DNA from: Longimicrobiales bacterium
GTDB taxonomy: Bacteria > Gemmatimonadota > Gemmatimonadetes > Longimicrobiales > Gaopeijiaceae
DNA length: 20,427 bases
NCBI GenBank assembly: GCA_965197725.1
Contig: CBDANQ010000038.1
Location: forward strand, 1 to 20,427
Direction: 5' to 3'
In this document: in pieces, positions 18,066 to 20,427 of the stretch
Position numbering within the stretch: the first letter of the stretch is position 1
How the letters are laid out: every line of letters begins with the position of its first letter
Translations under genes and position numbers: made by a program
The notes under the pieces: model-generated
The model's input: only the letters and a program-made list of their open reading frames with translations
Told to the model about the DNA's origin: nothing
Databases searched by the model: none

Positions 18066-18216
18066 ATGTGCGACTTCCGTCTGGGGATGGGCTCGGGGCG
18101 CCAGGACCCACACACCCGAGTAGCAGGTGCGACCTTTGGCTGAACCGGATATGAAGCGGGTGCCCAACTCGTATGATGGCGTGTCGTGGACGCCCACACT
18201 GCCTTCGTAAGGCGGC

Positions 18217-18504
18217 CTACATCGACCTGAGTTCGTAAACTCTGATGCTCGCAATTTAGGGGCAGTCCTTCGCGATTTTCTCCACCTCGTCGAGGGACTC
18301 CACCTCGATCACGTTGTAGCCGGTGATGGACTCCATCCCCCACGGCAGGTTCTTGGTTCCGGCGCTTGAGATCTCCCTTGCATCACCGAAGCCACCCTGG
18401 TCGACGGTCCGGTCGGCGATCGACTCGAACCATTCGTGCCAGGCCTTCATGATCTCGGGGGTTGGCTTCTCGAATGCGAGATGCAGCAACATGAACTTCT
18501 TCAT
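18217..18504 (-). pseudogene. YciI/DGPF-like protein with in-frame premature TAA
   Basis: MKKFMLLH...AWHEWF...ITGYNVIEVESLDE...AKDCP*IASIRVYELRSM*. The frame continues naturally past the TAA at 18256-18258. Confidence 0.75.
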
Positions 18505-18563
18505 TTCACTCTCCTTGTAACGTTACGAGGTAGTAGTCCGCCGTCTGGAGTCGGGCTCATTTC

Positions 18564-18701
18564 TGCTAACGATCAAACGGTTCGCGGCGTACGCGCGCAG
18601 CACGCATGTGCCGGGCGCTAATCTGCTCGACGCATCCAAACCTCACCCCGCGGCCGAGCGGCCCTGTAGGGGCCGCGCAGCGCAGAACGGTCGGGCTAGC
18701 C
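18564..18701 (-). repeat. Long attC-like repeat, copy A (138 bp)
   Basis: Minus strand GGCTAGC-CC...CGTTAGCA; homologous to 19260-19399 with shared boxes at matching spacing. Confidence 0.7.
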
Positions 18702-18763
18702 GAAGTTGTGCGGTCGAACCGACCCTGCTGCTGCCTTCACCTCGGGGCGACAGAGGGAGTGCC

Positions 18764-19174
18764 CTAGACCCCCGCCGTAGCCTCAATCTCGACAAGGAGC
18801 TCAGGAAGTACGAGGCGAGAAACACCGAGGAGAGACTGGGGTGGCATGGTACCAGCCTCCCGGATCCAGTTCGCGTAGACATCGTAGTTCTTCAGGAATT
18901 CGTCTACATCGGTCGTGAAGAAACGGAGCGACAGGATGTCGACTCTCGACATGCCGGCCTCTGTGAGAATGTCATCGATGTTGGCTAGGGCTGAACCGAT
19001 CTGGCCCCTCATGTCTTGATGGGTAACGCGAATCCCCATTTCGGATCCGGGATCAGGCGCCAACGCGACCTGTCCGGAGCAGTGCAACTGACGCTCGAGT
19101 CCGGTCACGCTTTCCGCTTGGTTCATTCTCCATTGGAGGCCCCAATCGGACGGATTGATCGCTTCACGGTTCAT
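18764..19174 (-). CDS. RidA/YjgF/UK114 family protein
   Basis: LHCSGQVAL, QI..ALANI..IL.EAGM, F.TD, LLGVSRL..PELLVEIEATA; GAGG RBS before ATG 19174. Confidence 0.9.
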   Translation of the reverse strand: MNREAINPSDWGLQWRMNQAESVTGLERQLHCSGQVALAPDPGSEMGIRVTHQDMRGQIGSALANIDDILTEAGMSRVDILSLRFFTTDVDEFLKNYDVYANWIREAGTMPPQSLLGVSRLVLPELLVEIEATAGV

Positions 19175-19259
19175 GCGTGCCACCTCTTCTGAGAGCGGAC
19201 AGGACTGTTTCAGCAGCCTGGCTACCAAATCTCTGCTTTCGCCAACTCTGTGCGATTTT

Positions 19260-19399
19260 GGCTAACGTGGACAAGCTTCGCGGCGTGCGCGATCAGGCGG
19301 ATGCGCCGCCGGCCCCTCTGCTCGAGGCCGCTACCCTCACGTGATCCGGCGGCTGCTCGGGGCCTTGGCCCCGAGCCAACTCAGACCAGCGGGTTATGC
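19260..19399 (-). repeat. Long attC-like repeat, copy B (140 bp)
   Basis: Minus strand GCATAAC-CC...ACGTTAGCC; internal stems GCCGCCGG/CCGGCGGC and GCTCGGGGCC/GGCCCCGAGC. Confidence 0.7.
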
Positions 19400-19464
19400 G
19401 CCGTTGTCCACCAAGTGCCTACCCAACATTTGAAGGGACCAGCCGCGGGCCAGGTGGAGAGAAG

Positions 19465-19581
19465 TTCTAACAACTTTGGGTTTTTGCTGCAGGAGCATGA
19501 TGCCGACCCGGAACGCGAGCCACCAGGCGAGTGCTCCGGGCCCTGAAAGCCTACACTGCCCGCAGCAAACCCTTGTTAGAC
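19465..19581 (-). repeat. Near-canonical attC site (117 bp)
   Basis: Minus strand GTCTAAC AAGGG TTTGCTGC GGGCA...CCCGGA...TCCGGG...TGCTCCT GCAGCAAA AACCCAAAGTT GTTAGAA. R'' matches RYYYAAC, the arms are complementary, and there is an inner stem. Confidence 0.8.
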
Positions 19582-19715
19582 GGTGCGTGATACGCCAGAA
19601 TCTACCCTCAACCGGTTGGTCTTGCTTTCTCCCGGGCTCCGCGGAACTCCCGAGGAGACCAGCAGGATGGGGACGCTGGCCCGCCACTGAGTTCACTCAA
19701 TTCGCTGGGCGTCCC

Positions 19716-20427
19716 ATGATTAGATCGTTCCGTGGCCTTCTCCTTATCACACTGACGATGGCGTGTGCCAGTGAAGAGCGTGCAGCCGAGCTCCCGCTCG
19801 GAGACGACGCGGAGGCCGGCTATGTAGAATGGTCGTATTCTGCCGAGACCGGTCCCGAAGTCTGGGGAGAACTCTCAAGCGATTTCTCAACGTGTTCGGC
19901 TGGCATGGCCCAGTCCCCGATCGATATCCAGGATACGGTGGCACAGCTCGACGATCTCCCCTCGCTGATCACTGGATATGGTCTGAGCGAGCTACACGTT
20001 GAAGCCTCGGGCCATGGGCGTAGGCTGACCCCGAGCGCGACCCAGACTCTTTCCATCGGCGGGGATGCGTACGTCCTCTTACAGCTTCATGCTCATAATC
20101 CGAGCGAGCACACGATCGACGGACGAAGCTATCCACTCGAGATGCACTTCGTGCATGTGGACTCCGCGGGCGGACTGGCTGTGGTGGGCGTGCTCTTCCA
20201 GGAGGGGGGTACCAATGAGTTCTTCCAGCCCATTGTCGAGGCACTTAGGGATTCCTACTCGGCTACCTTGGACGATATCGGCCGTCTGCTGCCATCTTCG
20301 GGCAATTACTTCACGTATGCGGGGTCATTGACCACCCCGCCGTGCACCGAGGATGTCCGGTGGATCGTCCTTCGGGAGACATTGGAACTCAGCAACGATC
20401 AGATCAGCGCCTTCTCTGCCGACCACG
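19716..20427 (+). CDS. Alpha-class carbonic anhydrase, probable lipoprotein, runs off the window end (absent from the ORF track)
   Basis: MIRSFRGLLLITLTMAC...WSYSAETGPEVWG...C..G.AQSPIDI...QLHAHNPSEHTIDG..YPLEMHFVH (three Zn-binding His)...YAGSLTTPPCTEDVRWIV. Confidence 0.95.
   Translation, partial: MIRSFRGLLLITLTMACASEERAAELPLGDDAEAGYVEWSYSAETGPEVWGELSSDFSTCSAGMAQSPIDIQDTVAQLDDLPSLITGYGLSELHVEASGHGRRLTPSATQTLSIGGDAYVLLQLHAHNPSEHTIDGRSYPLEMHFVHVDSAGGLAVVGVLFQEGGTNEFFQPIVEALRDSYSATLDDIGRLLPSSGNYFTYAGSLTTPPCTEDVRWIVLRETLELSNDQISAFSADH

Noticed and set aside
17258..18343. 361-aa ORF as a single gene
   Set aside because: Only the last ~135 aa are GNAT-like; the rest reads out of frame through the membrane-protein gene, an attC-like site and the YciI-like gene.
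19394..19696. 100-aa minus-strand ORF whose stop falls in the attC core
   Set aside because: It reads straight through the 19465-19581 attC hairpin and has no protein-like motifs.
1..20427. CRISPR array, rRNA or tRNA genes
   Set aside because: No regularly spaced short direct repeats, cloverleaf or rRNA-like sequence seen by eye.

Overview
High-GC bacterial DNA (Gemmatimonadota-like by gene style; inference only) in two parts separated by an IS5-family element. Left (1-10.2 kb): two convergent units form a cyclic-nucleotide and protease locus. On +, a caspase-like (C14) protease is coupled to a degenerate GGDEF protein. On -, the order is MBL hydrolase, exported caspase-like/DUF4384 protein, CHASE2 class III adenylate cyclase, exported FecR-like/Ig/TPR protein, and GAF/HD-GYP phosphodiesterase. 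Seven single-base indels in the first 4.3 kb break three of these genes and look like read errors. Middle: an IS5/IS427-type element (10247-11060) about 40 bp upstream of the - operon. Right (11.1-19.6 kb): small, unrelated, mostly minus-strand genes and gene fragments. At least four attC-like sites lie at 17.9-19.6 kb, suggesting a decaying integron-type cassette array with no integrase in the window. Two of the sites are an atypical ~140 bp repeat with conserved internal boxes. The window ends inside an alpha-carbonic anhydrase that the ORF track missed. All family calls are by motif recognition; no searches were run.
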